Positions 31,528-40,346 of a stretch of 64,000 bases of DNA are shown here, piece after piece; position 1 is the first letter of the stretch; the number at the start of each line of letters is the position of its first letter. Below the pieces are notes generated by a model that saw only the letters and a program-made list of their open reading frames with translations, searched no databases and was not told where the DNA came from. Source of the stretch: Planctomycetota bacterium (lineage in GTDB: Bacteria > Planctomycetota > B15-G4 > SIAN01); assembly GCA_031409275.1 (NCBI GenBank), contig JANNXA010000044.1, positions 32,001 to 96,000 of the forward strand, written 5' to 3'. A program made the translations under genes and the position numbers.

Positions 31528-32223
31528 TCACTTTCGCTCTTCGAGGATCTCGAGCGCTTCACGTTCCCTGCCCTCGAGAATGCCCCCGACGTACTTGTTC
31601 AAGTCCTCGAGCGCCGGCTCTTCGCCATGATCGAGCGTGATCGAGATGGGCGTCTGATCGGGCAGGAATGTGACATGCACGAGGAACTTGCCCTTGTCGC
31701 CGCCAGCGGAGACGCCCCCGAGCGGACCGGGCACCAGTTTCTTGTAGAGCCCACGCTCGATCCGATCTTTGATGATCCGACCTCGCTCTTCGTCCAGATC
31801 CGTCCTGGCGTCCAGGAGATCCTGGTCGGTTCGTCGCATCGCCGCGAGGAGCCGCGCCTTCTTCACTGGTGCGAGCTCCTCGTCGAACTCGATCCCGCGG
31901 GCGCACGCGCGGGCGATCTCGAGCATCGCGGGGCTCGGCACTGGCGAATCCGAGGCCTGGGTCGAATCAACAGGCGCAACGGGAGCGCCCGCCGTCTCCG
32001 ACTGGCTCGCTTCCGCGGCGATCAGTTTCCTGGAAGCTCCGGAGAGCTCCTGAGCGATCGCGGGCTCGGCGACCGGGGCGACGGTTTCGGCGGTCCCGAC
32101 GGCAGATGGCTTCGAACGTACACCGTGCGCCGACTTCTGTTCGACCGACCACACGACGATCGTGCCGACGAGAAGCAAACCTGCGCCTAGCCCGAGGAGC
32201 ATCGATCGTCGACCAGTCTCCAT
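31528..32223 (-). CDS. Hypothetical protein with N-terminal membrane anchor and Ala/Pro linker
   Basis: GGAG RBS; METGRRSMLLGLGAGLLLVGTIVVW TM; helical/globular C-terminal domain. Confidence 0.6.
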   Translation of the reverse strand: METGRRSMLLGLGAGLLLVGTIVVWSVEQKSAHGVRSKPSAVGTAETVAPVAEPAIAQELSGASRKLIAAEASQSETAGAPVAPVDSTQASDSPVPSPAMLEIARACARGIEFDEELAPVKKARLLAAMRRTDQDLLDARTDLDEERGRIIKDRIERGLYKKLVPGPLGGVSAGGDKGKFLVHVTFLPDQTPISITLDHGEEPALEDLNKYVGGILEGREREALEILEERK

Positions 32224-32291
32224 GCGAACAACTCCCGGGACAGTCGTTTGGTCACAGATCGATGGGGACCATATTGCCCCCCCCCAAGTTG

Positions 32292-35189
32292 TCAATCGTT
32301 CAGTTCGAGCAAACAGCTGCGCTCGATGCGTCGTGCATCGGGCCTTCGCGCGGCTCGCGCGGCCGCTGCTGCCCAAGTGAGCGGCGCCACGCGGCGAAGC
32401 GCGCGCTGCCCGACTCGCCGCAGCGCCGCGCGCCGCCACCACGCCACGGCCAGCAGCGCCGCCAGCCACGGCATCCCGAGCAGCGCGACCAGCGGAGCAA
32501 CGGTGAGCCGCAGCAGCGCGAGCACGCGCGGGTGCGATTCGAACCACGGCACGGCGCGCGCCGACCAGTCGTAGTAGGCGCGCGTGAAGCGGTGGCCGGC
32601 GTCGAAGCGGTTCAGCACGCCATCGCGCAGCCCGCGCAGCAGGTCGAGCCCGCGCTCGGCGCCGGGAGTGCCTCCGACCACGTGCACCAGCGCGCAGGGA
32701 AAGCTCCCGCCGCCGCCGCCGCCGCCACCGCCGCCGCCCGTGTCGTAGTCCGGCATGCCGTCGGTGCCATCCGTCACGCTGACGATGAGCTGCTCCAGCA
32801 ACGGCTCGAGGCTGACGGCGGGATCGCTCACGGAAAGCACGATGGTGAAGTCGGCGGCGACGCCCGCAAGAGAGGCCGTCGCCGACACCAACTGCCTTCC
32901 CGGCGGGAAGATCACCTCGCCGAAGTCGAGCGTGGCTTGCGTCGCCGCATCGCGCAGCTCCCACGACACATTCGCCGTGGCCGCATGGTCGTGGAGGCGC
33001 TGCACGAAGAACGCGTAGGCGCCGCCCGCCGTCGCGACGTCGAGCGCGTCGGTGACCAGCACATGGCCCACGGTCGCGAACGGCGGCGTGGGCGCGAAGT
33101 CGAGCCGCGTCACGAACGGGTCGAGTTCGTCGGGGGCGCCGAGGTAGGCGAGCGGACCCGTCGCGCGATGGGCCAGCAAGCGTCCTCGGCCACCCGTGCC
33201 CCCCGCGACCCACACCGGACCGTCCAGCGCCGGATCGACCACGATCGCGCGGACCGCGGTCTCCTCGGCGGTCGGCAGCGCCGAGCACCAAGCGAGCTGC
33301 GGCGGAACTCCCGCGAGGTCGAACGTGGCCAGCCATCCGATCTGCTGGCCCGTGTCGATCCCGATGAAGAGCGGGTCGACGAAAGGCAGGTCCTGCGTGG
33401 TGGAGAAGCTCCGGTTCTGCGTGATGGAGAAGCCGGCGAGGAAGAGTTCGCTGCCGCGCGCCGCGACGGCAGTGCCGAAGTCGGAGCCCGAGCCGCCGAT
33501 CAGTTGCGAGAACTCGACGCCGACCAACAGCGCGTCGACGACCGCGATGAAACAGTCGACCCGGCCCGCATGGGCGACGCTCGACGGGAAGGTCGCGGCG
33601 GACGTGTCGCCGATGACGGCCAGGCGCCCGTCGTCGAGTTCGCGGATCGCGGCGCCGTGCGACGTCGTACCGGCGCTGCCGGCGATGGAAAGCTTGCCGA
33701 GCAGCGTGCCCGAATGGCCGAAGCGCGCGACCAGGACGGTGCCGTCGCCGCCTACCTGGCGGCTCGTTCCCGTGACCGCGACATCGTCGCCCGCCATCGT
33801 CGTCAACCCGAAGAGTTCGGAGTCTTCGCCCACGTCGACGAAGGTCGACCAGAGCAGGAAATCGAGCGCGTCGCCAGTCATGCAGACGAAGCCCTCGGTG
33901 CCGGAGAAGGCGGAATCGTCCGCGAACTGCAACGGGAAGTTGGGGGAGCTGGTGGTCCCGCAGGCCACCACCTCGCCGTCGGTGGTGACGCCGATCGAGC
34001 GAATCCTGTCGCTGCCGATGCCGCCGAGATAGGTCGACGCCAGCAGTTCGAAGTCGGACGCGAAATGCGCGAGGAAGCCGTCCTCGATACCGCCGCCGAA
34101 ACTCGTCTGTAGGACGAAGGTGGACCCGGGCGCGAGCTCGATCGGGAGGTCGGTCGACTCGGTCCGCCCGCCGATCACCAGGTCGCCGCTGGGCGACTTG
34201 GCCAGACCGGACAGCTCGTCGTCCTGCGAGCCGCCGAAGAAGGTGAGCTGGCGCACCACGAGCCCGGCGCCGTCGAACAGCGCGAGGAAGCAGTCGCGCG
34301 CGCCCGCCGCCGGCTGGAACAGGCCGACCTCGCCGCGCGGGAAGTCGGTCGCCGCGGCCGTGCCGCCCATCAGGATCCCGTCCGCGTCGACGTGCAGCAC
34401 GCTCGCCTCGTCGCTGAAGCCATTGCCGCCGAGGATCGTCGTGAAGCCGACGATCGGATCGATCACCAACGTGCGCGTCGCATCGCGCGGATCGAGCGCG
34501 AAGCCGGCGCGCGGTGAGCCGTCGAGCGCGGGCGGGAGCAGTCGCCACCGCGCCGCGAGGGGCGTCCGCGAGCCGTCGGCCGCACACTCGAAGGTGGCGG
34601 GCGGCGCCTGCAGCAGCGGTCCGAACGGCGTGTCGAGGCGCAGCGTGCCGTCCGGCTCGAGCGCCGCGCCGTGTGCACCATCGATGCGCAGCACGACGCA
34701 GTCGGCGTCAGCGCCCGGTTCGACCACGAAGTCGTACTCGAGCTGCGTACCGCTCGCGTGCCACAAGACGTCGACGCCTGGCCACACGGCGACGGTGCGC
34801 AGCTGCGCGAAGGTGGCGACGCCGTGGATCCAGCGCGAACGGTCGGCGCCGACGTAGTAGTTGACGCGGGTCGGCTGCGGCTGCTCGCCGACGACGCGCG
34901 CCGCGGGATTCGCCCCTTCCAGCACGAAGCCGATCGGCCGCGCCAACGCGGCTCCGGCAGCCAGTGCCGCTGGAGGCGCCAGCAACACGCGATCGGTCCC
35001 CAGCGCCAGCCGCAGCGGCCCGGCGCGCGCGACGAAGTCGAACTCCGCGCTGCTCTGGCCGCGGTTCTCTTCGAAGAGGAGAGGGAACTTCGGCGTCGCC
35101 GACGCGGCGGGCGCTTCCTGTGCGGCTGCCGCCGGCAGCCCCGCGCCGGACAAAAGGAGCAAGTGGACGAACACCGAAGTGAAACGCAT
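32292..35189 (-). CDS. Large secreted SBBP/beta-propeller surface protein with Gly linker and CFI-box-CTERM-like C-terminal domain
   Basis: Signal peptide; FEENRGQ...LEYDFVVEPGAD...LVIDP; STYLGGIGSD-type repeats; G10-SFPC...LRGLRDGVL...GHRFTRAYYDWS + TM + basic tail. Confidence 0.85.
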   Translation of the reverse strand: MRFTSVFVHLLLLSGAGLPAAAAQEAPAASATPKFPLLFEENRGQSSAEFDFVARAGPLRLALGTDRVLLAPPAALAAGAALARPIGFVLEGANPAARVVGEQPQPTRVNYYVGADRSRWIHGVATFAQLRTVAVWPGVDVLWHASGTQLEYDFVVEPGADADCVVLRIDGAHGAALEPDGTLRLDTPFGPLLQAPPATFECAADGSRTPLAARWRLLPPALDGSPRAGFALDPRDATRTLVIDPIVGFTTILGGNGFSDEASVLHVDADGILMGGTAAATDFPRGEVGLFQPAAGARDCFLALFDGAGLVVRQLTFFGGSQDDELSGLAKSPSGDLVIGGRTESTDLPIELAPGSTFVLQTSFGGGIEDGFLAHFASDFELLASTYLGGIGSDRIRSIGVTTDGEVVACGTTSSPNFPLQFADDSAFSGTEGFVCMTGDALDFLLWSTFVDVGEDSELFGLTTMAGDDVAVTGTSRQVGGDGTVLVARFGHSGTLLGKLSIAGSAGTTSHGAAIRELDDGRLAVIGDTSAATFPSSVAHAGRVDCFIAVVDALLVGVEFSQLIGGSGSDFGTAVAARGSELFLAGFSITQNRSFSTTQDLPFVDPLFIGIDTGQQIGWLATFDLAGVPPQLAWCSALPTAEETAVRAIVVDPALDGPVWVAGGTGGRGRLLAHRATGPLAYLGAPDELDPFVTRLDFAPTPPFATVGHVLVTDALDVATAGGAYAFFVQRLHDHAATANVSWELRDAATQATLDFGEVIFPPGRQLVSATASLAGVAADFTIVLSVSDPAVSLEPLLEQLIVSVTDGTDGMPDYDTGGGGGGGGGGGSFPCALVHVVGGTPGAERGLDLLRGLRDGVLNRFDAGHRFTRAYYDWSARAVPWFESHPRVLALLRLTVAPLVALLGMPWLAALLAVAWWRRAALRRVGQRALRRVAPLTWAAAAARAARRPDARRIERSCLLELND
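32361..32404 (+). repeat. 44-bp perfect direct repeat, right copy
   Basis: Identical to 30686-30729; lies within the 3' end of the SBBP gene. Confidence 0.95.
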
Positions 35190-35366
35190 GGTGGATCTCC
35201 TGGACGGGCCGACCGTGCGACCGTCCAGCCCCCCTTCAGTGCAGCGTTCGCGCCGACGCAACACCGAGGGTCGAAATTGCGGCCATCGGGGCGCGGCGCG
35301 GCCCCGGCGACGCAGGGCGCGCGGAACGGATCGAACACGAACGCGGATCAGGCGAGGAGCGAGGTG

Positions 35367-35966
35367 ATGGGCAGTGCGGGCGAAGGCAACGCAGGCGGGC
35401 CGCCGCTCGACGAACTGCTGCGCCGCCAGTTGCCGCGCCTCGAGGGATTCGTGCGTCGCCGCGCTGGTGCGCTGCTGAAGAAGGAGTCGGGCAGCGATCT
35501 GGTCCAGTCAATCTGCCGCGAGGTGCTGGCCGACCTGCGCGCGCAGAAGCTCGAGTTCCGCGGCGAGACGCCGTTCCAGCGTTGGCTCTATCAGGTCGCG
35601 CTGCACAAGCTGCGCGACCGTCGCCGCTACTGGGCCGCCGAACAACGCAAGGGCGAGCTGCACGCCGCGCGCGCCGGTAGCGCGGCGGAAGATGCGGCGC
35701 GCGCCGCATGGCTCTCGTCGATCGTCTCGCCGAGCGCCGGGCTCATGCGACAGGAGGAACTCGCCGTGATCGAAGCGTGCTTCGCGCAGCTCGAACCGCG
35801 CCACCGCGAAGTGCTGCAGCTGTCGCGCCTCGAACAGCGCAGCCACGCCGAGATCGCGGCTCGGCTTGGCATCAGCGAGGCGAACTCACGCATGCTGCTG
35901 ACGCGCGCGCTGACACGCCTCACGACGCTCGCCCGCGCGCGCCTCCCCGCGAAGGACGACGCGTGA
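35367..35966 (+). CDS. ECF sigma-70 factor (kinase-associated type)
   Basis: ESGSDLVQS...FQRWLYQVALHKLRD (region 2); LEPRHREVLQL...SHAEIAARLGIS..NSRMLLTRAL (region 4). Confidence 0.9.
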   Translation: MGSAGEGNAGGPPLDELLRRQLPRLEGFVRRRAGALLKKESGSDLVQSICREVLADLRAQKLEFRGETPFQRWLYQVALHKLRDRRRYWAAEQRKGELHAARAGSAAEDAARAAWLSSIVSPSAGLMRQEELAVIEACFAQLEPRHREVLQLSRLEQRSHAEIAARLGISEANSRMLLTRALTRLTTLARARLPAKDDA

Positions 35967-38401
35967 CCGAGGCCAGCGATGCCAGCGACCGCGACCGATC
36001 GGCACGGCCGCCGCCAAGCGCCATCGAAGCGCTCTTCGAGGCGTGCCTGAGCCAACCCGAAGCGAGCTGGCCACAGGCGATCGAGGCGGCATGCGTCGCC
36101 CATTCCGACCACGCGCGCGAGCTGCGCGAGCGCTTCGCGTTGCTGCAGCGGCTCGCCTTCGACCGCGACCCGACGGCGACGACGCTGCCCGAGCGGCTTG
36201 GCGATTTCGTGCTCGGCCGGCGGCTCGGCGCGGGCGGCATGGGCATCGTCCACGTCGCGCGCCAGGAGTCGCTCGGTCGCGACGTCGCCCTCAAACTGAT
36301 CCGACCGGAGAGCCTCTTCTTCGCCGGCGCGCGCGAGCGCTTCGCCCGCGAGGTCGCGGCCGTCGCTCGCCTCGCGCATCCCGGCGTCGTGCCGATCTAC
36401 GCCAGCGGCGAAGCGAGCGGTCTGCCCTACTTCGCGATGGAACTGGTCGCGGGCTGCACGCTGGCGGAGGCGATCGAAGCGCTGCGCGCGACCGGCCATC
36501 GCGACGGCGCTGCGCTGCAAGCGGCGATCGCGCGGATCACCGCGTTGCGGTTCGCCACGGCCGGCGCGGCGCACGACGCGGCGAGCGAACCCGATGGCGC
36601 GCTGACCGGACCGTGGATCCGCGTGATGCTGCGGCTCGCGCGCGACGTGGCGCGCGCGCTCGAGCATGCGCACGGCCGCGGCGTGCTGCACCGCGACGTG
36701 AAGCCGTCGAATCTCCTGGTCGACGCGCGCGGCCAGGTGCGCCTGATCGACTTCGGCCTCGCCAGCGCCAGCGGGACCAGCAAGCTGACGCGCAGCGGCG
36801 CGCAGCTCGGCTCGCTGCCCTACATGTCGCCTGAACAGCTGCGTGGCGCCGCCGTCGATGCGCGCAGCGATGTCTACGCGCTCGGCGTCACGCTCTACGA
36901 GCTGCTGGCGCTGCGCCTGCCCTACTTCGACGACGACGCGTCGCGCACGCGCGAGGCGATTCTCGCGGGCGCGCCAGCACCGCTGCGCGAGCAGGTGCCC
37001 GGCCTGCCGTGGGACGTCGAGACCGTCTGCCTCACCGCGATGGAGCGCGACCCGGCGCGCCGCTACGCGAGCGCCGCCGACTTCGCCCGCGACCTCGACC
37101 ATCTCCTCGCGCTCGAGCCGATCGACGCGCAGCGCCCGGCGACTGCGTTGCGCGTGCGGCGCTGGATCGAGCGCCACCCGACGCGCAGCGTCGCGCTCGC
37201 GCTCGGCTTCCTCCTGGTCGTGGTGGGCCCGAGCGTCGCGTTCTTCGCGGTGAAGCACCAACGCGACTCGTTCCATCGCGCGGCGATCACGGCGCAGCGC
37301 ACCACCGGCTTCATGACGCGCCTCTTCACCAGCAGCGACCCGTACGCCAACAACGACCCCGACCTGCCGGTGCGCGCGGTGCTGGATCGCGCGCGCGCGG
37401 AGCTCGACGAGGAGCTTGCGACGGAGCCGGAGGTGCAGGCCCGCCTGTCCCATTCGCTGGGCGATGCCTACCTGCAGCTCGGCGTCACCGCGCCGGCCAC
37501 GGAACTCCTCGCGCAGTCGCTCGCGCTGCAGCAGGAACACTTCGCGCCGGACAGCTTCTCCATCGCCGCGACGCTGCTGAGCCTCGGCCGCGCGGCCCTG
37601 ATGGATGGCGACTTCACGATCGCGCGCGCGTGGCTCGAGGAAGCAGCGGCGATCGCTGGCGAACTCGACGACCCGGCGCCGGCGCACGAGTGGGCGCTCG
37701 AGCGCGACGCCGTCTGGTTCGTGCGACTGGAGGCCGCGCTGGGCGATGTGACCTACGCGAACGGCGATGCGGCCGGCGCCGAGCAGCGCTACCGCAAGGC
37801 GCTGGCGTTGGCGCAGCGGACCGGCGCCGACTCCGATTGGCCGGCGCGCGTCTGGGTGAGCTTGTCGACGGCGCTGATCGACCTGGGTCGCGTCGACGAG
37901 GCGCGCGCCGGGCTCGAGCTGGCGCTGCAGCTCGCGCGCCGCGTCCAACCGCAAGGCAGCCTCGTCGAGATCGAGCTGTTGTCCAACCGCGGCCACTTGC
38001 TGCTACAGGAAGGGCGGTTCGACGAGGTCGCCGCCACATTGACCGATGCAGTGGCGCGCTGCCGGCCGCTCGTCGGCGCGGGCCATTCGACGTTCGTCAC
38101 GCTGCTCGGCAACCTCGGGTCGGTCGAAGCGCGGCGCGGACAGCCGGCCGCGGCGATCGCGCCGCTGACCGAGGCGCTCGACCACTTCAAGCTCACGACC
38201 TCGCCGGATGACCCGACGCTCATCGGCTGGAGCTACCAGCTGGTCACCGCGTTGCGTGACGCGCAGGGCGACGCCGCAGCCGAAGCGTCGGCGAAGGAGC
38301 TGCTGCCGGCGCTCGAGCGCGCGGGGCCGGAGTACGCGAAATGGCTGGCGGAGTGCCGACGGCTCACGACGCTCACCCCAACTCCGCCGCGCGACGACTG
38401 A
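35963..38401 (+). CDS. Hanks-type Ser/Thr kinase with TM and TPR repeats
   Basis: LGAGGMG, VALK, HRDVKPSN, DFG, YMSPE; GTGA overlap with the ECF sigma gene. Confidence 0.95.
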   Translation: MTEASDASDRDRSARPPPSAIEALFEACLSQPEASWPQAIEAACVAHSDHARELRERFALLQRLAFDRDPTATTLPERLGDFVLGRRLGAGGMGIVHVARQESLGRDVALKLIRPESLFFAGARERFAREVAAVARLAHPGVVPIYASGEASGLPYFAMELVAGCTLAEAIEALRATGHRDGAALQAAIARITALRFATAGAAHDAASEPDGALTGPWIRVMLRLARDVARALEHAHGRGVLHRDVKPSNLLVDARGQVRLIDFGLASASGTSKLTRSGAQLGSLPYMSPEQLRGAAVDARSDVYALGVTLYELLALRLPYFDDDASRTREAILAGAPAPLREQVPGLPWDVETVCLTAMERDPARRYASAADFARDLDHLLALEPIDAQRPATALRVRRWIERHPTRSVALALGFLLVVVGPSVAFFAVKHQRDSFHRAAITAQRTTGFMTRLFTSSDPYANNDPDLPVRAVLDRARAELDEELATEPEVQARLSHSLGDAYLQLGVTAPATELLAQSLALQQEHFAPDSFSIAATLLSLGRAALMDGDFTIARAWLEEAAAIAGELDDPAPAHEWALERDAVWFVRLEAALGDVTYANGDAAGAEQRYRKALALAQRTGADSDWPARVWVSLSTALIDLGRVDEARAGLELALQLARRVQPQGSLVEIELLSNRGHLLLQEGRFDEVAATLTDAVARCRPLVGAGHSTFVTLLGNLGSVEARRGQPAAAIAPLTEALDHFKLTTSPDDPTLIGWSYQLVTALRDAQGDAAAEASAKELLPALERAGPEYAKWLAECRRLTTLTPTPPRDD

Positions 38402-39725
38402 GCTGCGAGCGCAGCTCGCCTTGCAGGTCCGGCGGCACCGCGAAGGCCGCGGCGAACTCCTCCATCCGCGCGACGGTGTCGCGCACGCGCGCGAGGAGCT
38501 TCGCGGGGGCGTCGAGCGCGAAGGCGGCGCCGAGCGCGAGAAGGTCGGAGGCGGTGACGCCTTCGAGCTTGTCCGCGACGCGCATCTGGTGACGCGCGGT
38601 GTAGCCGCGGCCGCGCGCGAAGGTGAGGTCGTAGGCGGGTGCGAGGTGCCATTCGCCGACTCGGTCCATCTGGAACGAGAGGTTCTTGACGTGGTCGTCC
38701 TGGTTGACGGCGAGGACGTTGAAGAGGACGCGGAGGTACCCCTCCTCCACCGCGGCGTAGGGCAGGCCGAGGGCCAGGATCGTGCGCAGGTACTCCTCGT
38801 AGCTGCTGGCGCCCGGCACGTTGTAGTCGACGTGCAACAGCCCGCCGAACGTGTGTTGATGGAGCGAGGCGCTCGCGGCGTCACCGGCACGCTCTCGATC
38901 GAAGCGCGTGACCAGCAGGTGCGCGAACGCGCCGTCCTCGAGCAGCTCGACGTCGGCGGTGGTGATACCGGCGGCGCGCGCCATCGCGGTCCACGTCGCC
39001 TCGACGCGATGGAACGGGCGCGGCGCGCCGAGCGCGTCGGGGGTCGCGCCATCGCCGGCGCCATCGAACTTGAGCAGGCAGGCGCGTTCGCCGGCGCGCG
39101 GCGACGCGTGGCCGCTACGGATGGTGCGCGACCCAGGATCGAACAGCACGAGCGCCTTCGGACGCATCCCGCCGGCGGAGGCGCCGACGCGGTAGATCTC
39201 GGGGATCGCGACCTGCGGGTCACCCTCGATCACGCGCCGCGCGTCGCGCACGAGGCCGGCGAGCTCGAGCGGCTCCTGCTCGGCGGCGCGCAGCGGGAAC
39301 TCGGTCGCGGGATGGAACGAGAGCGCGCCGATCGCTCGCTCGCCGACGTAGAGCAGACGCTGCACCGGCGAGAGCGCGCGCTCCGCTTCGCCGCGCGCCG
39401 CGAACCAGGCGCGGATCACCTGGTTGCCGAAGCGATCGGGCAACGCGTCGGCCAGCACGCCTGGCAACCCTTCGAACGCCGGCTGGCGCAGCAGCTCGTC
39501 GAAGGCGATCGGGCCGCGGCGGGAGGTCGGCAGGTGGATCGGCGATGGTTCGAGCCCGCGGCCGCGGAACGAGTCGGCGAACTCGAAGAGCACGCGCCCG
39601 CTGTCGAGCTCGGCGACGGCGCCCATCGTCGCTCCGAACAGGCGGACCTCGCAGAAGGCGCGGACGCCGGGCGGTGGCGCGGTGATGGCTGCCTTGCGGC
39701 GGCGCGGCGCGTCCGCCTCAGCCAC
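38373..39725 (-). CDS. hipA: HipA-family toxin kinase
   Basis: LPDRFG, SAGGMRPK, RFDR, NQDDHVKN, LAPAYD. Confidence 0.9.
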   Translation of the reverse strand: MAEADAPRRRKAAITAPPPGVRAFCEVRLFGATMGAVAELDSGRVLFEFADSFRGRGLEPSPIHLPTSRRGPIAFDELLRQPAFEGLPGVLADALPDRFGNQVIRAWFAARGEAERALSPVQRLLYVGERAIGALSFHPATEFPLRAAEQEPLELAGLVRDARRVIEGDPQVAIPEIYRVGASAGGMRPKALVLFDPGSRTIRSGHASPRAGERACLLKFDGAGDGATPDALGAPRPFHRVEATWTAMARAAGITTADVELLEDGAFAHLLVTRFDRERAGDAASASLHQHTFGGLLHVDYNVPGASSYEEYLRTILALGLPYAAVEEGYLRVLFNVLAVNQDDHVKNLSFQMDRVGEWHLAPAYDLTFARGRGYTARHQMRVADKLEGVTASDLLALGAAFALDAPAKLLARVRDTVARMEEFAAAFAVPPDLQGELRSQLSRRAAELG

Positions 39726-40020
39726 GGGCGCCTCGCTTCGGTGGCGCGATCAACGCCATCGGCGACAGCTCGGGCGGCGGCAGGAACGAATCGAGCGCGT
39801 CGAGGCGACCGTACGCTCGCAACAGGCGAACGAGCGTGAGCAGCGTCGGATTCGCGCCCGCCTCGGCCGCGGCGATCGTCTGCCGCGACAGCCCGGATCG
39901 CGCGGCGACTTCGACCAGGGTGCGACGCTGGCTCTTGCGCAGCGCCGCGAGCCGGTCGCCGAGCGTCTGCATCACTTCGCGGTCGGTGCCGCGATCGGTA
40001 GGGCTCGGCGGCGGGGCCAT
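39718..40020 (-). CDS. XRE helix-turn-helix antitoxin (HipB-like)
   Basis: LGDRLAALRKSQRRTLVEVAARSGLSRQTIAAAEAG; AGGAG RBS; overlaps the hipA start. Confidence 0.85.
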   Translation of the reverse strand: MAPPPSPTDRGTDREVMQTLGDRLAALRKSQRRTLVEVAARSGLSRQTIAAAEAGANPTLLTLVRLLRAYGRLDALDSFLPPPELSPMALIAPPKRGARG

Positions 40021-40104
40021 CTCTTCTCCTGCATCTCGGCGTGGGTGTCCGACGTCGCGCGTCACCGTTCAGCTCGCACACGACCGTGGATCGAGCATCT
40101 CGTG

Positions 40105-40195
40105 ACGAATGTTCATCTTAATTAACATCTGATTGATAAAATCGACATTTGGACTACTATAATTACCATTTTATGGTTCGTTATCCAATCACATG
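40105..40195. promoter_or_regulatory. AT-rich promoter/operator region of hipBA
   Basis: Strongly AT-rich patch; palindromes ATGTT-N10-AACAT (40109-40128) and ACCAT-N3-ATGGT (40165-40177). Confidence 0.6.
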
Positions 40196-40290
40196 AGCGC
40201 CCCGACTGAGCGCTCGCTGCGACGTCGTTGGTTCCGGCGTCGGGCGGTTTGCCGCGGGCGCTGGCGGATCGATCCTGGAACGAAACGGCC

Positions 40291-40320
40291 GCGGGTCGCG
40301 ACCTCGAGGCCGCGACCCGC
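40291..40320 (-). terminator. Hairpin downstream of hppA
   Basis: gcgggtcgcg / cgcgacccgc perfect 10-bp stem, 26 nt after the stop codon. Confidence 0.55.
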
Positions 40321-40346
40321 GCTGCAATCGAATCTCGATCCGTCGA

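Noticed and set aside
30730..32360. Islet as an IS element, integron cassette or prophage
   Set aside because: No transposase or integrase motifs, no terminal inverted repeats, and no attC-like structure recognised
32708..32738. (GCC)n run as a microsatellite or phase-variation tract
   Set aside because: Imperfect trinucleotide run encoding the poly-Gly linker; length changes would keep the frame
31528..34587. 1019-aa minus-strand ORF as one gene
   Set aside because: The first 788 codons are a shadow frame of the SBBP gene; only 31528-32223 looks like a real protein with its own RBS
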